DNA from: Xylographa opegraphella
Lineage: Eukaryota
Length of the DNA: 64,000 nucleotides
Direction: 5' to 3'
NCBI GenBank assembly: GCA_022813865.1
Contig: JALDZX010000007.1
Coordinates: forward strand, 372,001 to 436,000
The translations under genes and the position numbers were made by a program. This document shows, piece by piece, positions 40,568-54,213 of the stretch (positions within the stretch are counted from its first letter, which is position 1; each line of letters opens with the position of its first letter). The notes beneath the pieces are model-generated. The model searched no databases. It was given only the letters and a program-made list of their open reading frames with translations, and was not told the DNA's origin.

Positions 40568-42678
40568 TCACTCCTTCTTCTCAAAGGAGACCTCGTCCTG
40601 ATTGAACTCGACTTGACCATCAAGACCCTGCGTGTGAATCAAGTGGTCCACATTGATCTTCGGTCCTTTGAACCACTTCCGCGCATCCACCGCATACCAC
40701 AGCAATGCCAAGCTCATCACGCCGCCGTAGATGAGGCAAGTGTAGTTCATATTGAGCGTGTTGAGATCCGCCCCTTTAACCGCTGGGAAGCATAGCACCG
40801 GCACCATCAGTACCACATATCCGCAAGCGATGATTCCGACCGGTTTGGAGAATCGGCCGAGATGCCATGGGCCAGGACGGAATTTGTCGCCAACGACGAA
40901 TAGTTTGAGTGCGATGGGGAGAGTAAACGCGACATATTGTGCTATTGCGCCGATGCTGAAAACAGCTCCGATGGCTACTGGACTGGCAAACATGAGAAGG
41001 CCGAGGAGAGCGCCGAGCGTGAGGACGAACCACACCGCGTTGACGGGCGTGTGCGTTTTGTGGTTGACCTTCTTGAGCCATCGGCTTCCGGGGAGGGCAC
41101 CGTCACGGGAGTATGCGTAAACCACACGAGATGAGGCAACGGTGCAGCTATCAGAATCTCAGTGAGAGTCATCCCTGGAGGCTGTCCGGGCTTACCCTTG
41201 CCCAACAAAAAATTGAGCAACTATGTTCAGAGAGAACAAGGCCAAACCCGCTTTCGGACCTAGGACTTGGAGACACAAGCTTCCTGTTCAAGAATCAGTA
41301 CACAAGTTCAGGATAAGACCCCGGTTGGCTAGTGAATACCCATAGGTTGACCATATTGCCCATCAACAACATCCGGAATATTTTGAACGGTGCTACACCT
41401 CTGGTCAACAGACGGCCACCATGGGTAGAAGCTATACAAACTATGCAATGACCAGTATGATTGCCCAGCCAAGATATAGACCTAATTGTGCTGTCAAGAC
41501 GATCGCTCGGGGACTCGCAACGTTTGCATTCGAGCATTCTTCGCTCAAGTGGAATGGAGCGTCATAACCCGACATCGTCCATATGACCTAGCGAAGAGAC
41601 CGTGTTAGAAATTTGAAGTCCTGAAATGAAAAAGCCTCGAAGAGCAGGGCGCAGACACTTAGAAATCCCATCATGAAAGCGAATCCTGATGGCCATTCGG
41701 TTCCATTGATTATCTCTGTCCAGACAAACTCATTAGAGTTTGTCTTCGGCGTGTTGATCGATCCCGCCGGCATCCAGATGATGAATATGACCAAGGCAAC
41801 TACGTTGGTTATTGTGCCGGCCACGTTCAGTCGTCCAATGAATTTAGTGGAGTTCATGGTCAGCAATCCTTCAAAGATGAGGAGAGCCAGGAGAAGGAGA
41901 TAGACGTGGAAGGTTTGAGCTGTATAATCCGGATTGGCTATTTCAGCCGCTGTCAAGATCATCGACGATAAGGCGTAATTGACCGAGCAAGGCCCTGTGG
42001 CCTGTCCTGTAGCAAGCTCTCAGTTTTGCTTAGTATCCGACATAGTTTAAGACGTACCGAGGAAATTCGACCTAGTTAGATAGGCAAGATTAGCTGAGGT
42101 GTTGGTAATGAAGCTCTCCTGGCATTATCATACCAGCCAGTGATCTGCAAAAGGGAACACGTTAGATGCGCTGTCCCCTAAAGCGAAGGGACCAGAGCCT
42201 ACCCATGAACAAAGAGGCCCCCATCCTTCAGGCGCAAGAACAGCACTGGCATAATACAGTCCACCTGCAGTAGGCATACTCGAACAAATCTCGGCCATAG
42301 ACAGCGCAACGAATTGGATTAAGACTCCAGCAACTATCCAACCCCAAACAGATCCCGCCGGGCCCGAGTATGCTAAATTATAACTCAAGGTAGATGCGAT
42401 GGAAGGTAAGAGTCCTAAAACTGAAAATGACACGGAAAAGGTTGACAGGAGGGAGAAATCCCTGATACCAGCATTAGAAAACAGAATGTAAGCATTTGAT
42501 TAAAGGGTCAACACCTCTTGAATTCCTGTTTATAGCCAAGAGCCACCAGCACCTCCTCATCCGCATCGACGACATGATCCAAGACAGCGTGATCCCCTGT
42601 CTTCTGAAATACAGAAGTTACATGAAGAGTTCCTTCTTCGACGGTCCTTCTCCTGCCTGGTGTCATTGCTGGTTCCAT
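40568..42678 (-). CDS. APC-superfamily amino-acid/GABA/polyamine permease
   Basis: A multi-exon model reads without stops from ATG 42678: LGYKQEFKR|DFS, SFSVLGLLPS, GPAGSVWGW, SMAEICSSMPTAGGLYY, WTMSGYDAPFHLSEECSNA, SSRVVYAYSRDGALP, PGPWHLG and ARKWFKGP. Confidence 0.92.
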
Positions 42679-43989
42679 CGTGGTCTATGGAGGTAACAGA
42701 TTGGTGGCAGGTATCTTAGGGTTTGCTCGTGGATGCCGCCTTATCGTGGGGCTGCAGGCACTACATATACCATATCGCCCAAGCACATGGCGGTCCCGAT
42801 AAGACATGTGAAGTAAAACAGCGTCTAATGCTGCGAGATAAGCTGCGTAGAGCGCTATCAATGTCGACAAAGATCTGGTAGATATTTCCGAAGATCAATT
42901 GGCTGTCTCGAGATAAGTACCTACCTAGCTTGGTGTGGCGGCGGGTATCTGTTAACCCTCAAGCGGTTCTCCCTGTGGAGATCTGCCGAACTATCATAGC
43001 ATGCATAGAAATGGAGATTACAGAGAAACATCATAGACAACCGTAGAACAGAAGTTCAGAGATCTTCACGTTGCGAAGTGATAGGAGTAGAGGCGACTGC
43101 GTCTCATTTTACCATGGCATGTACGATATATTGATACATATCTCGCATTCGTTGCGCAAAGACGTGGCATCGTTCTTGTAGCCAATAACCCAAAAATTCA
43201 AACAATATTACCTCCGGACAATCCTCCTCGTATGGGATAGGCAACCCAATTCGGATTTGGAGCATGGGCTTTCGTGTGTCCGGGACTTCCGATGCGGAAT
43301 TTCCAGCGATTGGATTGGTGACAAAAAGTGGCCCGGTTCGATCCACGTTAACTATCAATTGTCCTTTTCGTGCTGATAACATGCTATGATATAAGGAGCA
43401 TGGTGAACCTGCAGTTCTCAACACCAAGTATACCTTTTCTGAGGCAGGAGGACTGACTACAATATTGTTCTTAGTGGTGGGTATATTCAAACGAGTATTC
43501 ATCAGGGGTTGTGCCTGGTTACGGGGCACACTAACGTAGGTTGACACTACTGTGTAGCTGCCTGGAAACGCAGGCTCTAGTTCTCATTAAGTTAGCGGAG
43601 GCGTTGAGGCCCAAATTTAGAGAACCCGGACTGAGACAAACAATCGTCAACTCTGTCTTGTACAACTTTTACGACCAATCTCTGCTTCCTTCAACTCTGC
43701 AGCGGGCTGAACAGTCACTCGTTGGGTACCTGGGATCGAGTCTTACATTCGATCGTCTAGATTTTCCAATATATATTCTTTTAATTCACGATTTCTTGCC
43801 CAGGTTGAGGATTTGAACACAGTAAAAGGCACCACCCGAGATACACAGTCGACTTCAACCGGACCCCGTCTTGCGAGGTTACGTTGGAGTTGCGCGGCCG
43901 AAGTTTTCTGTCAAGGGGCTGGGGGCCTGACGCCTGTTACGGAATCAATTAATGATAAATAGGGAGGAAGGAATAATACGAACTTGATC

Positions 43990-46900
43990 ATGTCTCATAC
44001 GCCGAGCAGATTCTCGACATATTCCAATACATCTACGCCCGTTGGCCCACGGTCCGCAGCTCAGCAATCTACTCAAGTGTCTACAACCACTTTACTTAAT
44101 ACTCTACACACCATCTACACCTCGGCTCAGCCATACCACCTGGATGCAAGCACCAGCCTTGTTGTGAATACATGGTTAACAGCTGCAGAGTCTGTTCGCG
44201 GTCATGGCGGCGGAACAGTAGATGGCGAATTGGCTAGGAGAGCCTGGGAACATGCAAGAAGACGCGCTGAAGATGGATGTATTGTCTTGACGTGCGTACT
44301 CCCACCCGCTTACTAGCAGTCTCGAAGCGGCAATACTGACCATCCAACAGCTCCCTACATCAATCAACGCCCTCTCTTATCGCTCCCATGATTTCGTCTC
44401 TCCCTTTATCCATTCCTACGTCTCTATACACGGCCCTCTCAGTGATTCGGCCTTTCACGTGCACCGTCACTCCCTATAGTGCTTCGGCGGCACGACACTC
44501 CGCACTTGCTGCAACCTTTACTCTTACACTTAGCGGGAATCTCACTGCCGCATCATTGGCTATTGGAACATCCGGAATCGACTGCGCGAGCGGACTCATA
44601 ACTATACCAGCTGAAAATGGATATCGAGCATTTGATGTATTCTACTACCTCCTCACTTCCGCCTCAACCCCAGCAGAGCGGGAATTTCTGAGTCTACAAC
44701 ATCCATCGGCATACGCGCTGCTGAATCGCTCAAACACGTATGGCCCGGCGGCATATCTCCCCGCCGCAGATGATGCAGCTTCTGCAGAAGATTTTCGAGC
44801 TTCGCTGAAGGCTCTTGGCATAAAAGGGGCGGCACATCGAAATCTACTCTCTGTCCTCGCAGGCCTTTTGAAACTCGGTGATACGCTTGGCTTCTTAATT
44901 GATGCCGAAGAACTCGAGAGCGTATGTGAAGAAGTTGGGGGCTTGCTCGGTTTGGATCCTGAAGTTCTTTATCAGAAATGCTCCACCAAAGATCGTGAAT
45001 TTCTCATAGCTGGTGTTTACGAATGTTTGGTGGACTGGGTCGTGATGAAAGCGAATCAGGCAATATCTGCTGAAATTCAAGGTTCCGTCGAAGACAGGTC
45101 CTCCAATGATAGTAGCGGCGGGCTCGGAGCACGAACACCTATGACGGGAGATGACGCTGCTGATACTGTAAGCTTTACTGTCATTGAGATACCGAACGAA
45201 CAGCTCGGTAAAGCGATAGCATTGCGTGGTGTGTTCGACGACAGCCTTGGCATCAATGCGGAGATGAAAGATGATGGCGTTGAGATTGCTAGTGCTGGGG
45301 TTTCTGTGATCAAAGAGATGGAGAACGCTGTTGCAGATGCTGCAGCTGATCTTGGCATACCTGGAGCTCCTGCATTTAGGGATCGAGAGCATGAGCGGGA
45401 TAGTAAGCAAGGAATCCTGGAGAGAATTGGAGCGGAAGCAGAAACAGAAAGCTTTTTGCGGAAGATCCTGTACCCTGTTGCTGGCGACGGTGTCAATATT
45501 GGGAAACACGGCAGACTCGATTTGATTGCCACACTTGGTAGCAGTCGTGTGTGGTACCATCTTACTCTTCACCCAACAGACGATGCGCCCGGAAAACTTG
45601 CTTCTCTTGCGTCGACAACCTCTGCTTGGTCTGCCGGAAGCGTCTCTCGCCAACTACGATCATGGAGGCTTCCGGAGTGGGCGAATCGACGAAACAAAAA
45701 TCTCGATTTTACCGCCGATTTTGATATCGAGGAATTTCAAACCAGGTACGCTCGTCTTGGCTGCAAGGAAGGTAGAGATGGCGTGGAAAGTTGGATTATG
45801 GAGCGTGGTTGGAGCAATGGCGAAGCAATTGTTGGCCACGAAAGAGTGTGGATCCGTGAGGGCGCCTGGTGGGACGCAGAAAGTATGCTTGACCTGAAGC
45901 CTGAGGCAGAGAATGTATTTGCTGCTCAATATGGTATGGAAACTGGATATTCGACAACGTCTCCGCTTGTCAATGGTGGAGGCTATTTTCCTTCCAACAA
46001 TGTTAACGGAACACCCCATGGAAGCCGAGATAATCTTCTACATCGCCAACAGAGCTCTGCGACGATGAATAAGAGCGTTATGGGTGGAGCACGTTCAGTT
46101 GCGCCGACCATGACGCGCACCATGAACACAATGCCAGGCGATTACGGACTTGGCGCTAAAGGCGATGACCAGAATGGCGCGATTGCATACGATGGAGAAT
46201 ATGATGGCGAATTTGATCCCGAAATGGGAGAGCCAAAGCACATTACTTCGCAGCCTATAACGTTCACTCGACGCATCTGGGTTGCAACTGTGTGGGCTCT
46301 CACCTTCTGGATACCCTCATTTATGCTACGGTATATTGGTCGCATGAAACGACCGGACGTACGAATGGCATGGCGAGAGAAACTCACGCTGATGTTTCTT
46401 ATCTTTCTACTTAATGCTATTGTTGTTTTCTACATCGTTGAATTTGGTCTATTGCTATGTCCGAACTTCGACAAGGCATGGAACTCACAGGATGTTAGTA
46501 CTCACCAAGGCGATAACGACTTTTATGTCAGTATCCGTGGCAAAGTATACGACATTTCAAAGTTCTGGAAATTACAACACAGCGATACTCCCATAGCTAC
46601 TACGTCTGCAAACATGCAGCCGTTTGCTGGCATGAATTTGGACGAATACTTTCCAGTGCCGCTCACAGTAGCCTGTCAATACCTCGTATCAGACCCATAT
46701 GTGCGACTGACTCCAAACAATACAGTGCTTTACCCTGAGGGGGTACACACCTCTGGTCCCACGTGGCAGCCGTACACTACTTCCGCACTTTACTCGATCA
46801 ACTGGTACCGGGACACCTTTTTGCCAAAGATACAAGAATACTATAAAGGTGACTTGGTATGGTCGCAATCTAATGTGACCGCACAAGGTCAGGACCAAGG

Positions 46901-49467
46901 ACGAACCTGGTTTATACTCCACGGCAAAATTTATGATTTGACGGACTATTTTTCGACTCTGGCACTCGAGAATAATCTGGCCAATTACGATTTTATGCCA
47001 CCAGATGTCACTGAACTGATCCAAAGTAACTTGGGAGAGGATCTTACAAGTCAATGGAAGAACACTGCAAACTTTACCAAGGCTTTAGCCTGTATGGACA
47101 ACGCTTTTTATGTTGGGATCACTGATTTCCGACAAAGTGCTCGGTGCCAAGTTAACAACTATATTCTCCTTGCTTTCACAGTTGTTCTCTGTGCGGTTAT
47201 ACTCGTCAAATTCCTATCCGCATTACAGTTTGGTTCTAAGAGACGGCCCGCCGCCCAAGATAAATTCGTCATCTGCCAGGTTCCTGCTTACACGGAAGGC
47301 GAAGATCAACTGCGCAAGAGTTTGGACTCCTTGACAGCACTACAATATGACAATAAGAGGAAGCTTATTTGCGTGATATGTGACGGAATGATCGTTGGCG
47401 GCGGCAATGATAGGCCGACCCCTAAGATCGTACTGGACATACTTGGGGTTGATCCAAAAATTGATCCACCCGCACTGCCATTCAAATCCGTGGGACAAGG
47501 CAACGAACAGCTTAACTATGGGAAGGTGTACTCTGGTCTGTACGAATATGAAGGCAATGTGGTGCCCTACATAGTTGTGGTGAAAGTAGGTAAAGAGTCT
47601 GAACAGACCAAAGCAAAGCCTGGCAACCGTGGAAAAAGAGACTCGCAGATTCTCCTCATGAGTTTTCTAAACCGAGTTCACCATCGTGCTCCGATGTCGC
47701 CCCTTGAACTTGAGATGTTCCACCAGATCAACAATATTATTGGTGTGGATCCTGAGCTCTATGAGTATCTTTTCATGGTCGACGCCGATACGTCCGTCAG
47801 AGAAGACTCGCTCAACCGTCTCGTAGCAAGTTGTGCCAATGATGCAAAGATTGCTGGTATTTGTGGTGAGACTAGCATCGAAAACGAAGAACAGAGCTGG
47901 TGGACTATGATCCAGGTATACGAGTATTTCATTTCGCATCACTTGGCCAAGGCGTTTGAATCTCTATTCGGCTCCGTTACCTGCCTTCCTGGATGGTATG
48001 TAGATTCCACTTATCCGTGTTGAAAAAAGCTGACTGGATTCAGTTTCTGTATGTATCGTCTCCGAACCGCTGACAAGGGACGGCCGTTGATCATTTCCGA
48101 CAAAGTCATCAATGAGTACAATGATTGTCAGGTCGACACACTACATAAGAAAAATCTGCTTGCTTTGGGTGAAGATCGATATTTGACTACGTTGATGACA
48201 AAACACTTCCCGTCGATGTCATATAAGTTCGTCCCGGATGCGTATGCAGCCACTGCTGCGCCGGAAACATGGAGCGTTTTAGTATCTCAAAGGCGTCGCT
48301 GGATCAACTCGACAATTCACAATCTCGCAGAACTGATATTTTTGAAAGACCTTTGCGGCTTCTGCTGCTTCAGTATGCGTTTCGTGGTGTTTATCGATCT
48401 TTTCGGTACCATCATTCTCCCAGCGACTTGCACATACCTCGGCTATCTGATTTACCGGGTTGCGACTCATTCCGGGCAATTTCCCTTGATATCTATCATC
48501 ATGATCGCTGGTGTATATGGCCTTCAGGCGCTTATTTTCATCCTCAAACGTCAATGGCAACATATTGGCTGGATGATCATATATATCTTGGCTTTCCCCA
48601 TCTATAGCTTTGTGCTACCAATCTACTCATTCTGGAAGCAAGACGACTTTTCGTGGGGAAATACTCGTATTGTCATCGGTGAGAAAGGGAGCAAGCAAAT
48701 TATAGCAATGGAAGACGATGGCTTCGACCCGCGAAGCGTTCCACTGCAGAGATGGGACGACTATGCGGTCATGAACAGCTTACCGGGTCGCCGGGGTATG
48801 TCTGGAGCAATGGAAAAGCAATACCAGGATGCATATGTAGACAATGACTATGAAATGGACGACATCCATTCGACATATTCGTCAGTCAAACCTGCGTCGA
48901 CCATATTGACCGGATTTCCCAACCAAGCACCCGCCTACATGCCTCCGATGTCACCGGCACCATTCGGTAACCTCAATCGCTACTCCACGCTATCCAACTT
49001 GACGCGGTACAAGGACCAGCCAATATATCAGCAACCAAGGCTGCAATCGATGGGTGGTTTCACCGAGCCATACCGCGACAACGTATACGGTCCCCGGGTG
49101 ACAATGCCGGCCATGCAAAGCAATGACAATCTCATTGCCATGCAATCACCACCAATGAGACAGAATCGAAGTCCCTTGGGGGGATACTCGGCGAGCCGAC
49201 CGATGAGCACTGTCGATTTCCGTGGTCTCAGTAGTGGTCCTGATGACATTGCCATTACCGAGGCTATCAGAAGCTGTCTTGCCGAAGTGGACCTGGATAG
49301 TGTGACCAAGAAACAAGGTAAGACTACAAGCACTCTAACGTCAACGAACAACACTAACATCATAAATAGTGAGGGCGCTGGTAGAACAACGCTTGCAGAC
49401 CGAACTGAATGGAGAGCGAAGAACATTCTTGGATCAGCAAATTGATACCGAGTTGGCGAATATGTGA
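43990..49467 (+). CDS. csmB: Class VII chitin synthase with short myosin-motor-like domain
   Basis: N-terminus [10 protein letters not shown]...[18 protein letters not shown] with no P-loop. Motifs [35 protein letters not shown] and QRRRW are present. The DEK_C tail [23 protein letters not shown]...ELANM* ends at 49467. Confidence 0.95.
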
Positions 49468-49935
49468 GATACGGCATTGTGTACGGAGTGGGAAACTGGC
49501 GTTGTGAAATGGCATTTTCATGGAGTTCACCAGAGAGTCAACAATATTGTCCTTAACATCAGCGAGGTTCTTGCTGTCGCCACGTCGAGATATATGGCAG
49601 TATCTGATGGATGTTGTTTGCGTCCTTCTGTTTCTGTTGTTCGTAATGCTTGCTTGGTTGCTTGACACGCTCTACCACTTCGCGTATACCCCCACTCCGC
49701 CCTAGCAGATTTACCGATGCAAGGTACACTGCGGGGAAAGCCCGAAGGAACCCCATCCGCAGTCCCACCAACGCCAACTGGGTACACTCAGGCTTGCTAT
49801 GTTCGGTCTATCTATGACCTCCTTGAGCAATCGAAAAGGTGGTTGGTATCACCAATGCTTCACTTGCCTTGAAAGGTGACACCACGAACCCATCTTACCA
49901 TCAATTCACTGCAGACGCCTGCTACTGAAGCAACC

Positions 49936-51999
49936 ATGTAAGAAGCTCTTAGATCCAAACCTGGCGACTCTGCCTTAGTCCCTTGAATATGTCGCTGTTC
50001 GCACAAGTCTGACCTCAGCTGTCTCCAGGTATACAACATCCTTTGCCTTCTTTGAAGCACTATGGGAGGTGCGCATTTTGAACACCTGGCTCCGCTGACA
50101 GAATACTCTGACACCGCCCCAGGCTGGAGTGACCCATTGCTTCGTGAATCTCGGATCTGACCACCCCAGCATTATCGAAGCTATCGTCAAAGGCCAATCA
50201 GAGAAAAAAGGGCAGTTCCCACGCATCATTACATGCCCCAATGAAGTTCGTCCGCTCAATGCCGCAATACCCTTGGTCAATACTGACTATGCGCTTCTAC
50301 TATACAGATGGTTGCCCTCTCCATGGCCGATGGCTATGCTCGCCTCACTTCCAAGCCTCAGTGCGTGATCGTCCACGTCGATGTTGGCACCCAAGGTCTT
50401 GGCGCTGCAGTTCACAACGCTTCCTGTGGACGAGCCCCCGTGCTCATCTTCGCCGGCCTATCGCCCTACACTATCGAGGGTGAACTCCGCGGTTCACGGA
50501 CCGAATACATTCACTGGATACAAGATGTTCCTGATCAGAAGCAGATTGTCGCCCAGTACTGCCGCTACACAGGCGAGATCAAGACGGGCAAGAACGTCAA
50601 GCAAATCGTGCGGCGAGCGCTGCAATTTGCGACATCCAGCCCCTGCGGTCCAGTATATCTCCTTGGGGCGCGAGAGGCCATGGAAGAAGAGCTGGAACCG
50701 TACAAGCTGAACGATAAGGAGTGGGACCCTGTGGGTCCTGGTGCTCTGACTGCTGCTGCTGTGAAAACAATCGCCGAAGCACTGGCTGAAGCCAAAGAAC
50801 CACTGATAATAGTTGGTTATAGCGGGCGTAATCACGCTGCGGTAGGCGAGCTAGTCAAGCTGGCAGAGACAGTGAAGGGGCTGCGGGTGCTGGACACCGG
50901 TGGCAGTGACATGTGCTTCCCCGCCAATCACCGTGCCAGCCTCGGCCTACGCTACGGCGTTGACGAGAGCATCAAAACAGCAGACGTAATCCTCGTCGCG
51001 GACTGCGATGTGCCTTGGATCCCGACTCAATGCCGGCCGAGGAAGGATGCACGGATCTTTCATGTTGATGCAGACCCGCTGAAGCAGCAGATGCCAGTGT
51101 TCTACATCCCTGCTGAGGCACGGTGGAAAGCCGATGCCGCCACCGCATTTGAGCAGCTGTACTCCCACATCGCCCAAGACGACGCTTTGTCAAAGACCGT
51201 GGCTGCATACGAGAGCCGATGGGCCGCTCTTGCAGAAGCCCACGAGAAAAGAATGTCCATCATCCGCGACCTTGCCAAGCCTGGCAGTGACGGTAACTAC
51301 AATATCTCGTATCTCACAGCCGCCGTGCGGCGTACCGTGCCTGCGGATACGATCTTCGCCATCGAGGCCGTCACCAACACCGCCTTCGTGGCCGACCAGC
51401 TGCAAGCGAGTCTCCCAGGCAGTTGGATCAACTGCGGTGGCGGCGGACTAGGCTGGTCGGGCGGTGGCGCCCTGGGCATCAAGCTTGCAACAGACGCGCT
51501 AGGAGACCGGCGCTTCGTGTGCCAGATCGTGGGCGACGGAACCTTTTTGTTCAGTGTGCCAGGCAGCGTGTACTGGATCGCGCAGCGGTACAAGATCCCC
51601 ATTCTGACCATCGTGCTGAACAACCAGGGCAAGTCATCCCCTTCTCCCTCCTAAAACATTATGCAGGCAGCTCGTTTCGCAATTTACTGACATCCCGTAC
51701 TAGGCTGGAACGCGCCCCGTAAATCTCTCTTGCTCGTGCACCCGGACGGGATGGGCTCCAAGGTCTCGAACGAAGAGTTGAACATCTCCTTCGCGCCAAC
51801 CCCGGATTATGCCGGTATCGCAAAGGCGGCGGCTGGCGGCAATCTGTGGGCGGAACACGCGAGTACGGCGGAGCAGCTGAATACGCTCCTGCCCAAGGCG
51901 GTGGAGGCGGTCAAGAGTGGGATTTCAGCGGTGCTGGACGCCCATCTAGATGGGCCGCAAGGGAAGTACGGGGGTGGGAAGAGTGCCCTGGTGGGGTAG
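49936..51999 (+). CDS. Thiamine-diphosphate-dependent enzyme (acetolactate synthase/benzoylformate decarboxylase-like family)
   Basis: Spliced N-terminus MYTTSFAFFEALWEAGVTHCFVNLGSDHP...TCPNE|MVALSMADGYAR, with HVDVGT and the ThDP motif GDGTFLFS...VLNNQGW. Confidence 0.92.
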
Positions 52000-53283
52000 G
52001 CGATTTTGAGGATTGAAAGGTGGTTTCTGGTGCTGGATTGCCAGTGGTGGTAGTTTCTTGAGGTTGGTTGTCAGTTATCACTCATAGCGATAAATATAAG
52101 GTAGGTGAGCCGCATTTACGTGGCTAGCTCCGCGGATCGTGGCCGTAGATTGAGGTTTAGAAAGAATCCGATACATCAGAGTCTTCGTGTCCTCCGTCCT
52201 GGGAAATAAGCTCGTCTGCATACCGGTTACCTTCGCTCGCCAACCTCGAAGCACCACCCCTACTCCGCTCTCCACCTTCAGTCCACAAGGGTTCTTTGCA
52301 TCCAAACTCGCCCACCAAAACCTCCGACTCCGTAGGCAGCCTGGTGGTGTGGTCCTAGACCCACGTCCAGGTCGCACCTCCTTCTAGAACCCCCCCATCT
52401 ACGCAATCCATCCAAGGCTACGATAGCTATTCGTGCCCCCGGCCGTCTCTCCGCTCCGCTACACACGTAGAACCGCACATGCGACGCTACGGCGGCTGCG
52501 CGCGCGCGGGGATTGCGATATGCGGAGACTCTACCGTCATGTTCCTGGAAACTCGCTGCTGCACGCATGAAAGGGTAGGATATATCCTATGGAACGATCA
52601 GTAATAAGGGAAGGGTGGTTTGGTACACCGAGGTATGGGATATAAGATTGAGAGCAGATTGGCCAATGGATACTCCCATGTAGATCGATGGGGTTCACGG
52701 GATAAGAGCATAGCAGCGGGCCATCAAAGTGGATTGTAAACAGGGAAGTGCAGCAACAGATGAATGTGTGAATAGATACTGTGTCACTTGGTTCAATTGA
52801 GAATATGGCGCTTTGATAGAGGAAGCGTATTGTAAGGAAGTTCTGTATATGTGAAAGGGGGGACAAGCACGGAGTGGTGGATGCGTGTAGCATAGCTGCC
52901 ATCTAGTTACTGTGGCTGTGACTGCTCGATATCCATGCAAGCATTTTCTTTCGAGGCGGCGGATAATGATTCTCGAAAGAGAAGATTGCTTGCTAATGAA
53001 ATGATGGAGAAGAGTGAGTGCATTTGAACAGCCATGCTGCAGTGGCACAAGTGCAGGAACAGTAGTAAAGCTGCGAAGCACGGAAGCAATGTTTTATACT
53101 GATAAAGTCATCTTAGTGTTTCCACAATTTGATAAATGTAGTCACAAAATATAACATGATTTTAAACAAAAAATCTAGCGTATCGTGATTCTACCAATCG
53201 TGTGAAACGAATCATGTAACCGAGTAAGAAACGTCTATTGATCTTGCCAATGTACGAAGTACAACGTCGAGTACCACGAGGGC

Positions 53284-54213
53284 TTATAGTGATGACTGGT
53301 TGACACGACTACTAGTTGAATCCCTGAAAAATTGTGGCCAGATCACTCGTAACTCTTCCAAGCTTTGTATCTGGTATCTGGACGCTTTTGTGGCCGGGTC
53401 TAGTATGCCAGGCTCTACAAGATGGGCAGCCGTCCACCCGCGCGCTTGCGCATGGTGGCAGTTAATATAAGAATCATCTGCAACGATAATCAGCCACTTC
53501 CCGAAATCGTGATAATAAGACTGACCAACGAAGAAGCAATCTTCCGCAGAGCTAACCCCTGATTGTAGCTCCGCAAGAGCGTACATTTCAGGATGAGGCT
53601 TGCAGACCAGTGTTGCCTGGGCGTAGTCACAGTATGTGATGCCCTCGAAGAGATCGTCTACTCCAAGCAGTTTGACTATCCTTTTGCCATGTGTAACAAA
53701 GGCATTAGTAAACAGCCATGGCCTCACCTTGCTCCGGTCTATGTCCACAAGGAGTTGCCGGAGCTGCGGATCTGGTGTGATTACACCGTCAAGAGGAAGA
53801 GCGTCGTCGACCTTGCGGTTATATTCTAACGGATCAACTTTATGATGGCGCACAAGACCTTCAATTGCAAGTCCGTATTCGGTATAATATTTTTGATGAA
53901 GCATTTTAGCGTCTGCCTCTGTGAGAGAAAGATGCTCGACAAAGTATTTATCTGTAATGCTAATCAGCTTCACACACTTCGAGTTGCACGCTGTAGTCTA
54001 CCTACCTATCAACTCCTGCATCATATCATGTACCATTTTGCCTAGGCACTATCATTAGTCCGGATTTATCAACTATAGCGTATATGGAGACATACTGCGG
54101 GGATAGAGCTATATGCCGTCAGCTCCTTCTCCTTCAGAGTACCTCTTCACACTAACACAGTTATCAATATCAAAAAATAACACCGGTCTGGTGGACCTCG
54201 AGAGCTCGCCCAT
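53284..54213 (-). CDS. SDT1: HAD-family pyrimidine 5'-nucleotidase (Sdt1/Phm8-like)
   Basis: Exons give VLFFDIDNC|LYPRSKMVHDMMQELI|DKYF, YGLAIEGLVRHH, WLFTNA, CKPHPEMY and FFV|DDSYIN, covering HAD motifs I-IV. Confidence 0.9.

Noticed and set aside
49938..50028. TPP riboswitch in the first intron of the ThDP enzyme
   Set aside because: Fungal TPP riboswitches do control splicing, but this intron lacks the conserved CUGAGA and downstream aptamer elements. An Infernal TPP scan would settle it.
49936..54213. ThDP enzyme + pyrimidine nucleotidase as a metabolic cluster
   Set aside because: The genes are convergent with no evident shared pathway, and both are common standalone fungal genes.
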